From assembly GCF_001194135.2 (NCBI RefSeq), contig NC_069001.1:26403729-26467678 (forward strand): DNA of 63,950 nt, given 5' to 3'. Positions 1 to 10,410 of this stretch are shown piece by piece. The DNA is from Octopus bimaculoides. Its lineage: Eukaryota. Below the pieces are notes generated by a model. That model saw only the letters and a program-made list of their open reading frames with translations, was not told the DNA's origin and did not search any database. A program made the position numbers and the translations under genes. How positions within the stretch are numbered: position 1 is the first letter of the stretch; every line of letters starts with the position of its first letter.

Positions 1-33
<33 letters not shown>

Positions 34-40
34 CATATAT

Positions 41-200
41 ACGAGGGGTTTCTTTCAGTTTCCGTTTACCAAATCCACTCACAAGGCTTTGGTCGGCCCG
101 AGGCTATAGTCGAAGACACTTGCCCAAGGCGTCACGCAGTGAGACTGAACCCGGAACCATGTGGCTGGTAAGCAAGCTACTTACCACACAGTCACTCCTG
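41..200 (-). mobile_element. tRNA-derived SINE family A (CORE-like), 5' part; body probably continues left of the window
   Basis: Minus strand reads GGAGTGACTGTGTGGTAAGTAGCTTGC...GGTTCCGGGTTCAGTCTC (pol III A/B-box-like head), then the CORE-like CCTTGGGCAAGTGTCTTC. Homologous copies at 18.1, 24.8, 30.5, 36.8 and 62.3 kb. Confidence 0.9.
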
Positions 201-214
201 CTGATAAAAAAAAA

Positions 215-365
215 AGAAATACACGACAAAGCGAGATATACTGTGATCGCTTGACAGTATTATAAACCACCCTTCCCTCAAATCACACCCATATCTTCTG
301 AAGAAGAAATGTTGTGTCTGCAATAATGTAGTCCTAGATACGGAATTCCTTAACAGCTAAACAGG
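215..365 (+). repeat. Old interspersed repeat (family D) fragment
   Basis: Shares a TCTT..GAA..ATAATGTAGTCCTAG-like motif with degenerate copies near 2.6, 39.9 (reverse) and 50.1 kb. Boundaries approximate. Confidence 0.4.
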
Positions 366-557
366 AAAAGATCTGAAGTTAAATCTGAGTGATGAAGGCC
401 GTACAAGACACAAAACGAATTGATAGTAGTTTTGAATTTGTAATCAGGGAGCTGGATGTTCGACAACGTATCTAATCAGATATTCGGCACATACTTACAA
501 AGAGACGTATAACAGTAGTGCACAATTGTCATCTTTCTGTAGCTTTCTCATACACTC

Positions 558-941
558 GTTGTTGGCACTCCGTCGCTTACGACGTCGAAGGTTCCAGTTG
601 ATCCGATCAACGGAACAGCCTGCTCGTGAAATTAACGTGCAAGTGGCTGAGCACTCCACAGACACGTGTGCCCTTAACGTAGTTCTCGGGGATATTCAGC
701 GTGACACAGTGTGTAAAGGCTGGCCCTTTGAATTACAGGCACAACAGAAACAGGAAGAAAGAGTGAGAGAAAGTTGTGGTGAAAGAGTACAGCAGGGGTC
801 ACCACCATCCCCTGCCGGAGTCTTGTGGAGCTTTAGGTGCTTTCGATCAATAAACACTCACAACGCCCGGTCTGGGAATCGAAACCGCGATCCTATGACC
901 ACGAGTCCGCTGCCCTAACCACTGGGCCATTGCGCCTCCAC
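558..941 (-). mobile_element. Near full-length tRNA-derived SINE with RTE-type 3' tail
   Basis: Minus-strand head GTGGAGGCGCAATGGCCCAGTGGTTAGG...GGTTTCGATTCCCAGACCGGG (A and B boxes); 3' end ...GACGGAGTGCCAACAAC. A related head lies at 58.2 kb. The RTE tail assignment is from general knowledge. Confidence 0.85.
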
Positions 942-1786
942 TACAACGAATACAAAAACACGCATTTTCTCTCTTCTTCCCTCTCTTTCTATCTTTCTCG
1001 TTGTATTTACCATTCATACTTTTCTAACCTACCGTAGTAATCAATAAAATTATGAAAGTCAAGTAGAACTTAAGCGCTTTGTTCATTTAATTTAACTACA
1101 GCATACTCGTCTCCCTGATTTTCTTCCAGTGTTAGGTGCAAGAAATATCAATGTTCGCCCCACGCAGAAACTGAGGGAGCTACTTAAAGATATCGGTACA
1201 TATTATGGTCATGGTGGCTAAAGTAATTTTGGAAACCCTTTCGTATATTCAGCGGGTATCTCAGAGTCGTAAGCGTTTTGCTCCTTATTCGCTTCGATAC
1301 ACTCGAGTTGGTTAGCGTAGATGGAAGAAGTGTTTCATCTGCGCTCTTTTGTCAACCATACTGATTTTTAGTAGATTTAGCCGCCATGATTATTCCCTAA
1401 GGGATTTTCCTTTCCTGTTCGGCTTCCAAATCGATTTTCTGCAAGAATGAATGCACCGATATTGCAGGGAGACTGCAGCCGCCAACTTAATTAGAGAATC
1501 AGTCTGAGTGCCACACTTCCTATTGAAGTACATATTACGAGTAAAAATAGGGGACAATCGAATGTCATAATGGGTAGAGAGTCTGACAACATTCATTGTG
1601 AGAGCTTTACGATCTGAATTGAAATCAACACTAACTTCATTTTATTCCTATACATCGCATTTTCTTGAATTATTTCCTCGTGAAGTATCTGAAGAAACTA
1701 AGTTCATTTTTATCAAGAAAATATGAAGTTACGTTTATGAATTTGTGTTGTAAGATTCCAGATGTGAAACCGTGCATTGAAACGGG

Positions 1787-2085
1787 TATTGTTGTATTCT
1801 GGGACGGTCATTTTTTATTTTTTTGCCTCCCTCCAACAAAAAAAAAAAAACCAAACACTTACTATATATTCGTTATTCACTCGTTTATTACTGTTCTTAT
1901 TCTAACTCATGTCCATTGTTCGGAAATCTTTCTTTACATATAAATCGCTGTAGAGGTCACATATGTGTGATGAAAGATTTCCGGACAATGGAGTTAAAAT
2001 AAGAACAGCAATAAACGAGTGAAGGAAGAATATATAGTGCGTGTTTATTTGGCAGAAGAAATGACCGTCCCGAAATGCAACAATA
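1787..2085. mobile_element. Foldback (long-TIR) MITE, probable TA target site
   Basis: 1787-1941 is the reverse complement of 1961-2085 apart from an A-rich insert in the left arm (GGGACGGTCATTT/AAATGACCGTCCC; CACTCGTTTATT/AATAAACGAGTG). About 19-nt loop; TA at both ends. Confidence 0.85.
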
Positions 2086-3680
2086 AAATATATAATATTT
2101 TCTCTATGTTGGATGTCATTATTAAAATTAACAAAGCGGTGACCTGGCAAAATCATTTAGCGATATTTTGTCTGACTTTACTGTCTGAATGCAAATTCCT
2201 CCGAGACCGACTAAGCGTTTCATCTTTTCGGATTCCATAAATAACTACCAGATGAACTTTGAGCTTGATGTAATTTACTAGGATCCTTCCCCTAAATTTC
2301 AGGATTTCTGCCTACAGTGGAAAGAAATATTTCTGTAAAAAATTTCAGATTAGTGAAAACCTAGTGGTTTCGATTTGATTATGAAATATCTCGAGCAATT
2401 ATGTTGGTTCATACTCTGCTTATTGTCAATTAGAGGCGAAGTATGATGTGTGAAAGTAGCAAATATAAGATGATGTTAGCTACATGTATATATAGTTGAA
2501 TTATTAATAAAACATTCTGGAATTAAATCTGTTAGCCATCTTGTTTAAAATGAACAAAGGATGGACTCTATCTGTCTACTTTCTGCAACAGCAACCAATC
2601 TCTCCACTAATTTCAAACTACCATCTTGGAAGAGAAAGAATATATTAGATAATTTAATTTTAGGCACACGAACCCTAAGAGAAATGTGAGATACGTTTCG
2701 GAGAAAAAACAATTTTGATTTCAAGTCTTCTCATTTGGTTTCACCTAACCGGCAACATAGCAAGAACAACAACAGCAAAAGAAATCACCATTTGGGTATT
2801 GGTCAGCGATAGAATCTATATTCCGCTCTGTCTGAATATTGTATTACAGCGTTTGCAATTAAATTTTCATATTTTCGGGTAAAAGTAACATTTGTGTGCT
2901 TAATGAATAGAAACTGGACGAAGGAACAAGGAGATAGCTGATGAGGCTAGTGCAATATCGTTGTCACGTTATCTGCTATTTCTTTTATTAATTGAGCTTG
3001 TTATCTGTACACAGACCACGATGTTATCATGCATATTTAATCGGTGGTCACTGTCAAGCGTAATTTTAGATATATGTTATCGTGCTTGTGAATATGAGAA
3101 AATTTCTATCTAATTTGAATGGTTGAACTCTTCAAATATTACTTTGACCTCTAAAACGTCGTATTACAGTTTTCCTACTGTCATGAAGGAATATGTTCCA
3201 CTAATACATTCCATGGAATGTTATATTATATATGATAAACAGCAATTTGTGACACAAGACTGAAACCTATACACCTGCCAAAGGAACTCGCTTATTAAGC
3301 TGAAGATATAAAACTAACACAAAAAAAGAGAAAAAGCTGATATCTGAACTGACAGCGCAAGACTGACATGCGCTGTATAACATTATAGCATTGGCTACAT
3401 TTTCTTTCTAAATTTCGATTCCATACAAGCATCACGTACATGAGCAGGTTCAAAAGTAACATTTACACCTACATTAGCAATTAATTACAATATTCTGCTG
3501 CCATAGATGACCAACGTGTTACTTTGCAGTTGCAAAAGTTGTACAGCTCAGTTTTTTCATCGTGGATTTGCCACATATAAATACAATGTTTTACTTGTAA
3601 TTTTGTTATATTTGCGTGGAGAAACCACAATTCAACTTTATTCTCCCTTCTCTTTTCTTCTTTCTCTTTGTCACAAAATC

Positions 3681-3830
3681 TATCTATCTATCTATCTATC
3701 TATCTATTTATCTACTATCTATTTATCTACATTCCTATTCATCTGTGCATTTTTATCAATCGAGCAAACGGTTTATCAAAAATTCTCTGTAAGTATAATG
3801 TATCTATCTATCTATCTATCTATCTATCTC
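3681..3830. repeat. Two interrupted (TATC)n tetranucleotide tracts
   Basis: Direct reading of TATC repeats at about 3681-3730 and 3801-3830. Confidence 0.95.
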
Positions 3831-5127
3831 TTTCTTTCTCAACATTCGCAAATTTCACATTATTCTTCACACATGTACACCTCAATTTTTGTTCTTTTAT
3901 TTCAAGACTTGAATCAGAACCTTCTTTGATTCTGGATCAATTAGTTAGTGATACGGAGTTTCAAAAGTGATATTTCGCCTTTATGACAGAGTGGATCCTC
4001 TACTCATAAATACGAACACACATTCTTTCTTCGTTTTCTTTTTTTATTTTTTCCTTACCGTTGTCTTTATTTTTCCTTTGTAATTCCTACTGACTCCATC
4101 AATCTAGCTATCAGAAAAACACACAACACATTTTTGAATTACATCAAGCTTTGATCGTGGATCAACAATATGATACTCAGTGGCTTTGTAGGACCAATTA
4201 CAGCGCCATATTTGACATGAATCAACATAAAATATTCGCTTTGAAAATCAGCACAGAGTCATTCTTTAAATTCTCTTTGAACATACGTGTGTTGTATTCA
4301 TAAACATACACGTTGGTGTTCGTGAGCATGCGTGTAGGTGTGTGTCTACATATGACTTTGCGAATATGAGAATATCTCACAGTGAATCTATATATATACA
4401 CATCTTTCTCTAAATAAGAGCGACTGTATATCAAAATATCTTGCATGTGTGCTTCAGTGTGTACTTAGGAATAGTATAAAAGCAGTTACATATTCGTATT
4501 GATCTACAAACAGGGGAATAGTTACTGGAAATGTTGCAGAAAATTATTGTTCAAATTCCAAATTGTTTCTGCCTGACAATGTTACGTTACCTATATCTAA
4601 TACCGTGTGATATCACATAGACGCGCGTTTGCACGAGTCTGTGTGTGACTGTGACAGTATGTGTTTTCGTCTATATTTGTATGTAAAAGAACATACCTGG
4701 AAGTGCACAGTGCATATGTCGTGCAGAAAGGTTACATTTGTAGTGTGATATCATGTACTGACGAATACTAAAGGGTATGAAACGATTAAGATAAATCAGT
4801 ACCGAGTAGAAATGTAAGTTAATTTTGGCCATTTCATTTATATACACACAACCCCCCCCCCNNNNNNNNNNACATATATATATTTATTTGCATTGAAAGG
4901 GACAGAGTATAGTGAAAGAGGAGGGAAGGTGAGCATGAAAAGAAGGCCAGGAAATGTGAGTGAGAGGGAACGAAAGCACACAAAGAGTAATGTACGAAGT
5001 AAGTATAAAGGGGCTGATAGAAAGAATAAAAGAACATAAAGAAAAATACAGTCGTACAAAATTTAGATACATACATATATATATATACGTATCTATAAAT
5101 GTATTTATATATATATAGGTAGGAGTT

Positions 5128-5490
5128 TGTAGGGGAACATCGTCAAGTGGAGTATGAAAGCCGTACAGGAATACAAATGGTGATCTGAATAATGATATTA
5201 TGAATGGCGGTATATATCGGTAGCTCGATGGATTTAAGCAAAGGTATAGAAGCCACCTTAGTTCCTCTAAGAATCCAAAATATAGGACATCCACCACATT
5301 AGCATCGTTTATAAACGACCGTAGAGAAAGAAGTGTAGAGTTAAAATTATGTTGGTCCATCTTGACTCATGCCTCTCCATTTAGAATTGGATCCACTAGA
5401 TGTGGATTATATGTCAGGGAGGCATACTTTATTTTGAAAGATTTTAATCATGCTATGTTGAATAAATTTACTGATGCAATTCCGGCTTGA
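5128..5490 (+). pseudogene. Penelope-like element GIY-YIG endonuclease relic (frameshifted)
   Basis: 5204-5230 gives MAVYIGSSM. After a frameshift, 5233-5490 gives FKQRYRSHLSSSKNPKYRTSTTLASFINDRRERSVELKLCWSILTHASPFRIGSTRCGLYVREAYFILKDFNHAMLNKFTDAIPA*, matching the PLE pattern YIG..FK.RY..H.SSF...KY..ST.LS.YI......WSIL..A.PY..GS.RC.LC..EK..I....LNK. Confidence 0.85.
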
Positions 5491-6202
5491 ACGCAAACGA
5501 TCAACTCGACGCTTTTGAGGAAGTTTGAAAATAAGAATAAGAGTATTAATAATGAAAAGATGTAATACGAAATTGAAAATAAGGATAAAAATAATAATTT
5601 AAAATCTAAAATTTAAAATTTGTAATATAGAATTTAAAATACAATTGAAAATTATACTATAATTAATGAAATAGATACTAGTAGATATTATATTATCTCG
5701 CAAGGATGTAATTGGTACGAATTGAACTAGGGATGGCTAGTTTTGGATAAGCATGTGAATGGTATTAAAAATAGAATAAAAATACCATAATGGACTGGTC
5801 TGAATGAGACTTTGCACAGGTCTTTAACTGGAATCATCCTAATGGATTAATATTCCTAACTATTATATAAAGGGAATAACGATAATGTCACAGATTTTTC
5901 GAATGTGAACGTGATTTGGATTTATTCGTTTATTTCTGTGTGGATTTTACCTTTATTCGTGGAAAGTGAGTTAAAGTAAAGGTGTTACATTCTTCGAGAA
6001 AAGTGAGTTACTGTTATTGTGTTGTTATTTTCAAAAACTGTTTTATTGCTCAGTTTCAAAGCAAATTGTTGTTAATTCCCCCGCGCGGGGAAATTTTTGT
6101 TGAATAGTTGTTAAAATGCCGATATATAAATTTAAATATCTAGGTGTTTTTAACTATCCTATATGCTTGCCTTGTGACCTCTAAATTTTTAGTCCTCTAT
6201 AG

Positions 6203-6496
6203 CAAGGGTTTTCAAACTTTTTGACTTGCCGACCCCTTTATATTTCAGGCTTTACCTTAGGGACCCCCTTATAAACGCTTATGAAATTTATACATAAATA
6301 TTTGCTTAAAATAACATATTTTTACATTTATTTATTTAACAATATTTAACAAATTGGCTTATTGTCAATTAAAAGATTTCGATAAAAAAACATATATAAA
6401 AGCAAATTGCCCATAAAAATATTTGCTGTCCGCGGACCCCCTGTCTTGTCCTTGTGGAGTCTCTGTGGTCCGGGAACCACAGTTTGAAAACCCCTG
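6203..6496. mobile_element. hAT (Charlie-like) MITE, 294 bp
   Basis: TIRs CAAGGGTTTTCAAACT / AGTTTGAAAACCCCTG (15/16 match); perfect 8-bp TSD CTCTATAG at 6195-6202 and 6497-6504. Confidence 0.95.
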
Positions 6497-6960
6497 CTCT
6501 ATAGTATATCATATGAATTTATAATTGACTATGTCTTATATAATATCGAGGTTTTTGTATTTTATGTATATATTTTGTACTTATTTTACTTACATACTTT
6601 TAAAACTGCCTATGTATTTATAAATGTTTTTAAATACTTTTAGATATTTGCGGGCTTATAAAAATATATAAATGTGTATATGCTTGTATGTTATTAATAT
6701 TTCAATTATATTGAGCTTTATGTTGCTTTATTAATGTCGAAGTAAGTGTGCATATATTGAATATTCTGCTGGATAATAGTTTTTCCTCTAGTTTTCCGCT
6801 AGTATTGCTCCCATTCGAATTATAAATTGGAACTTAGCTCAATTTGAGCGCTTCGATTCTAGCCTGTTTACGAGTATTGTTAATTAATAAAAATATCTCT
6901 AAAATAGTATAATTTGTATATATGTATATATATATGAATATATATATGCATATATATATG

Positions 6961-7104
6961 CATATATATGTGTGTGTGTACGGATGTGTATATATGCATA
7001 TATATGGGTGTGTGTACAGATATGTATATACGCATATATATGTGTGTATGTACAGTTATGTATATATGCATACATATATATGTATGTACGGATATGTATA
7101 TAAG
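6961..7104. repeat. 36-bp minisatellite (4 units) inside a degenerate TA/TG tract (about 6915-7245)
   Basis: Units start at 6961, 6997, 7033 and 7069; consensus about CATATATATGTGTGTGTGTACRGATATGTATATATG. Confidence 0.85.
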
Positions 7105-7814
7105 TGTATGTATATATATGTATGTTTATATATATTCATGTGTTCATATGTGCATATTTATGTCTGTACATATATTTGTATATATATGTGTACATAGACA
7201 TGTATATGTGTATATATACACTCATATATATGTATATATACGAATGTGTTCGGGAAGGACGATGACCCAAGTTTCTCCGGTCATGAGAACCAATTTAATC
7301 TCTTCTCTTGGTTGTATCGTTGACTTCATTGTGTATTTCGTTACCATTATTTCTTTGATATATATATCGGGATGTGATATGAGGTGGCACTTCGCAATCA
7401 TTTCTCAAAAAGTAAGCAATCACAAATCTTCAGAACATGGCTCGCTTTACATAATTACAGAAAACCTCCAGAGAACAATAAGCCACATTTATATCAAACC
7501 ATTAAGCATTGCTACGAAGAATTAAGATCTAAAATTTGAAGTTTTTACGAAGCTGATATGGGAGTCATGACGCTTATTTCTGTCCCTTGAGTAATACAAT
7601 AGCATCACATATGAAGTTAAATGATTATTTAAAAAAAAAATCGAGTTTCCTTAAGTACACATGTTCCTCTGAGAATTTCACGAAAGATAACACTCATGCA
7701 AATATTCTTTTTCATGCACCACCCAAATTCGTATACGTGTGTATGTGTGCGCGAGCATATGTGTTCGTGTGCGTGTTTATGCATATCTCTCTTTCACGTT
7801 TTCTGTCTCTCTCA

Positions 7815-7862
<48 letters not shown>

Positions 7863-7907
7863 ACATTTATATACGCACACATCACACCTACTTTCGTTGC
7901 ATATATA

Positions 7908-8641
7908 CAGGGGTTTGACAAAATATAGGAAACACCTTAAAATTTCAAACAAATTTATTTTGATATGGGGTAGGTTCGCTAAAGGCGATCCTACCCCACA
8001 TTAGCTTGAATTCTACGAGTTGTGGACTCGTACACAGTTTGAATTGTTTCCAAAGGAATTTGTGTCCGTTCTTCAGCTAAAACAGTCTCCTGTTCTTGTA
8101 GTAATAATGGTGGAATATATCGACTCCTTACTTGTTCTTCTAAAATGCACCCTAAGTGTTCAATACTATTGAGATCTGGGGTCTGTGGTGGCCAGATAAG
8201 ATTTTCATCTTCACTAAAATATTCCTCGTGCCATTGAGTAACAACTTTAGCTGTGTGAATTGGTGCATTATCATCCTGAAAGTTTGCGTTTCCCCCCGGA
8301 AACAGTTCTGATACCATAGGATGAATTTGATCAGAAAAAATGCGTAAATAGTCTTAATATCAATTCTGCCATGAAGGGAAACCAATGAACTGGTGGAATT
8401 CCAAGATATAGCCACCCAGATCATTACAGATCCTCCATGTTTAACAGTCAGAAGAAGGCAGTCTGTGTCAAATGCTTCTATTAGCTGTCCCCACACGTAT
8501 ACTCAGTCGTTGGTCGGAAATAAGGTAAAGGTTGACCCGTCCGAGAAAATAAAATTCTTCTACTGTTCTAGGGACCAATTCTGTAGGTTTTTACTCCACT
8601 CTGAACGTTTGCAGCGTTTGTTTTTGAAACCAGGGGTCTTC
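7908..8641 (-). mobile_element. 5'-truncated Tc1-like transposon relic with DD36E transposase
   Basis: TA + TIR CAGGGGTTTGACAAAATATAGGAAACACC at 7908. Minus frames give FIFSDGSTF, VKHGGSVMIW, FQDDNAPIH and WPPQTPDLNSIEHL, with stops and a frameshift. The second TIR was not found. Confidence 0.93.
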
Positions 8642-9543
8642 TGATTGCATACATATATATGCATGTGTGTGTGTATGTGTATGTGCCTTGGTGCATTTTT
8701 ATGGGCGTTACTGGAAAAAAATCCTTATACATTTTATAATAGATAATAGAAAAAATGCTTAACAATCTTTAGGTTAAATGCGATTGAAGGTGAAGTTTGC
8801 ATTATGGAAGTTGAATGAATTGAAGTGAGAATAACGCAGTAGTAAAGAATATTTGACAGTAAATTGCTTAAAAATAACAAATAGAAGACATTGATACAGT
8901 TTGTTTTAAATTATCTCAATATGAAGATATATGCTTAAGAGAAATGAGTTATTTCATAAATAATGATTAGTTAATTATGTCATCAATTGAATGTCTATAA
9001 AAAATATTAAAAAAAATATATAATTACATGAATAATTAGTTAATAAACAAGAAAATAAATAATTAATTAGATATCTGAATATATCAGTGATTGTTTGATA
9101 AAACGAATAGTGTCCTAATTAATGAAATATATAAATGATGTATTAATTATATAGCTTGATGTAGGGATGAAATGGGCGTGATGTTTGCGAGTAAAGAGAC
9201 AGTAGAAATTCGCTGGAATTATTAGCGCATGGTTATATGATCAATATATACGACAGTATAGAGAATTATAGTTAAGAATGTGTACTGAAATATCAGTTTT
9301 AACAGGTTTTATGCAGAAATAGGAACGTTTGATATAGAAGCAGATATCACCAAAGAAACGATCATTGCATTGTATATATGTACAGTGGCAGAATCAAAAC
9401 ATGAGCAACGAGTATCAAATGCTGGAGGTGTCTCATTACAGGTTTGCATGGTTGTGTGAGTGCTCAGAGCGACGCCGACTAGAGATGAAGTTTAATGTGT
9501 GAAAGTAACAAATATACAGTGATGAAAATTCTATCATAATATA

Positions 9544-9583
<40 letters not shown>

Positions 9584-9609
9584 CAATCTGTGTATTATAA
9601 CTTATAATA

Positions 9610-9775
9610 ATAATACTTTCTGCTATAGGTACAAGACCTTAAATTTTGTGGGGAGGGACGAGTCGATTAGATCGACTCCAGTGTTTCACTGGTACTAAAT
9701 TTATCGACCCCGAAAGGATGAACTGCAAAGTTTACATCGGCAGAATTTAAACTCAGAACGTAAAGACGGACAAAG
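9610..9775 (-). mobile_element. tRNA-derived SINE family B, head cut off by the adjacent mariner
   Basis: TTTATCGACCCCGAAAGGATGAA...GAATTTAAACTCAGAACGTAAAGACGG; aligns with the copies at 48.2 and 51.1 kb. Confidence 0.9.
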
Positions 9776-9777
9776 TA

Positions 9778-10410
9778 TTAGGTTGCTCCGAAAATAATGG
9801 CCGATTTCAGAAACCTAATTTTTTTTCTGGAAAAATTAACTATAGAAACGTTTTGGTTAGTTTTGCAGAAAGAGCATCGAGCTTTTTGATTTTCATTGGG
9901 CACTAGCAGTACCCAATTATCGAGCGTCTTCACCTTACCAATCTTCTTTAGATTACGTGAGACCGTTGCAATACCGACATGAATGCCCGAGACATTACTC
10001 TGACACTTTGACCTGGGTTTTGCTCAAATATTTGCATTTAACTCTTCATTGTCAAGACTGCATGACCGTCCTCTTCATCTTCAAGGATCTCATCACCCTT
10101 ATGGAATTTCTGAAACCAACTTCGTACTATGCGATTATTGTGCTCTGCTCATATTGGCAGCAGTTTGGAAGGCATTGTGCCCAAGGTTGAACTTATGAAC
10201 GAAAAGTTACTGAAAATCCTTTTTTTTTTTTTGTCATGAAGAAGTCTTATGTAAGAAATAGTTGAGGCCCAGGCACTCCGGATTTATAAATAGCTGAGCG
10301 CCAATGATGGCGCCAGCAAAGGGCGTTGGCTTAAAGATTATATTATTCAATGTCAGATTTTCACACCAAGAATATAACAAGTGCGGTTCAAGTTAAATTT
10401 CGGTTGAAAT
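9778..10410 (-). mobile_element. Internally deleted mariner relic
   Basis: TA + TIR TTAGGTTGCTCCGAAAATAATGGCCGATTT. Minus strand from ATG 10237 gives fragments FNLGHNAFQTAAN, VRSWFQKFHKGDEILEDEE and IATVSRNLKKIGKVKTLDNWVLL (HTH and a WVPHEL-like motif); no catalytic domain. Right boundary approximate. Confidence 0.88.

Noticed and set aside
526-918. 130-aa plus-strand ORF
   Set aside because: It is the antisense of the SINE at 558-941.
860-941. tRNA-like sequences here and in other SINE heads
   Set aside because: A/B boxes are present but run into SINE bodies without a complete cloverleaf; they are not tRNA genes.
5790-5840. CTGAATGA-GACTT(TGCAC)AGGTC hammerhead-like motif downstream of the GIY-YIG relic
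   Set aside because: There is an extra nucleotide in the core and GAAA is absent (TTTA). At best a decayed motif.
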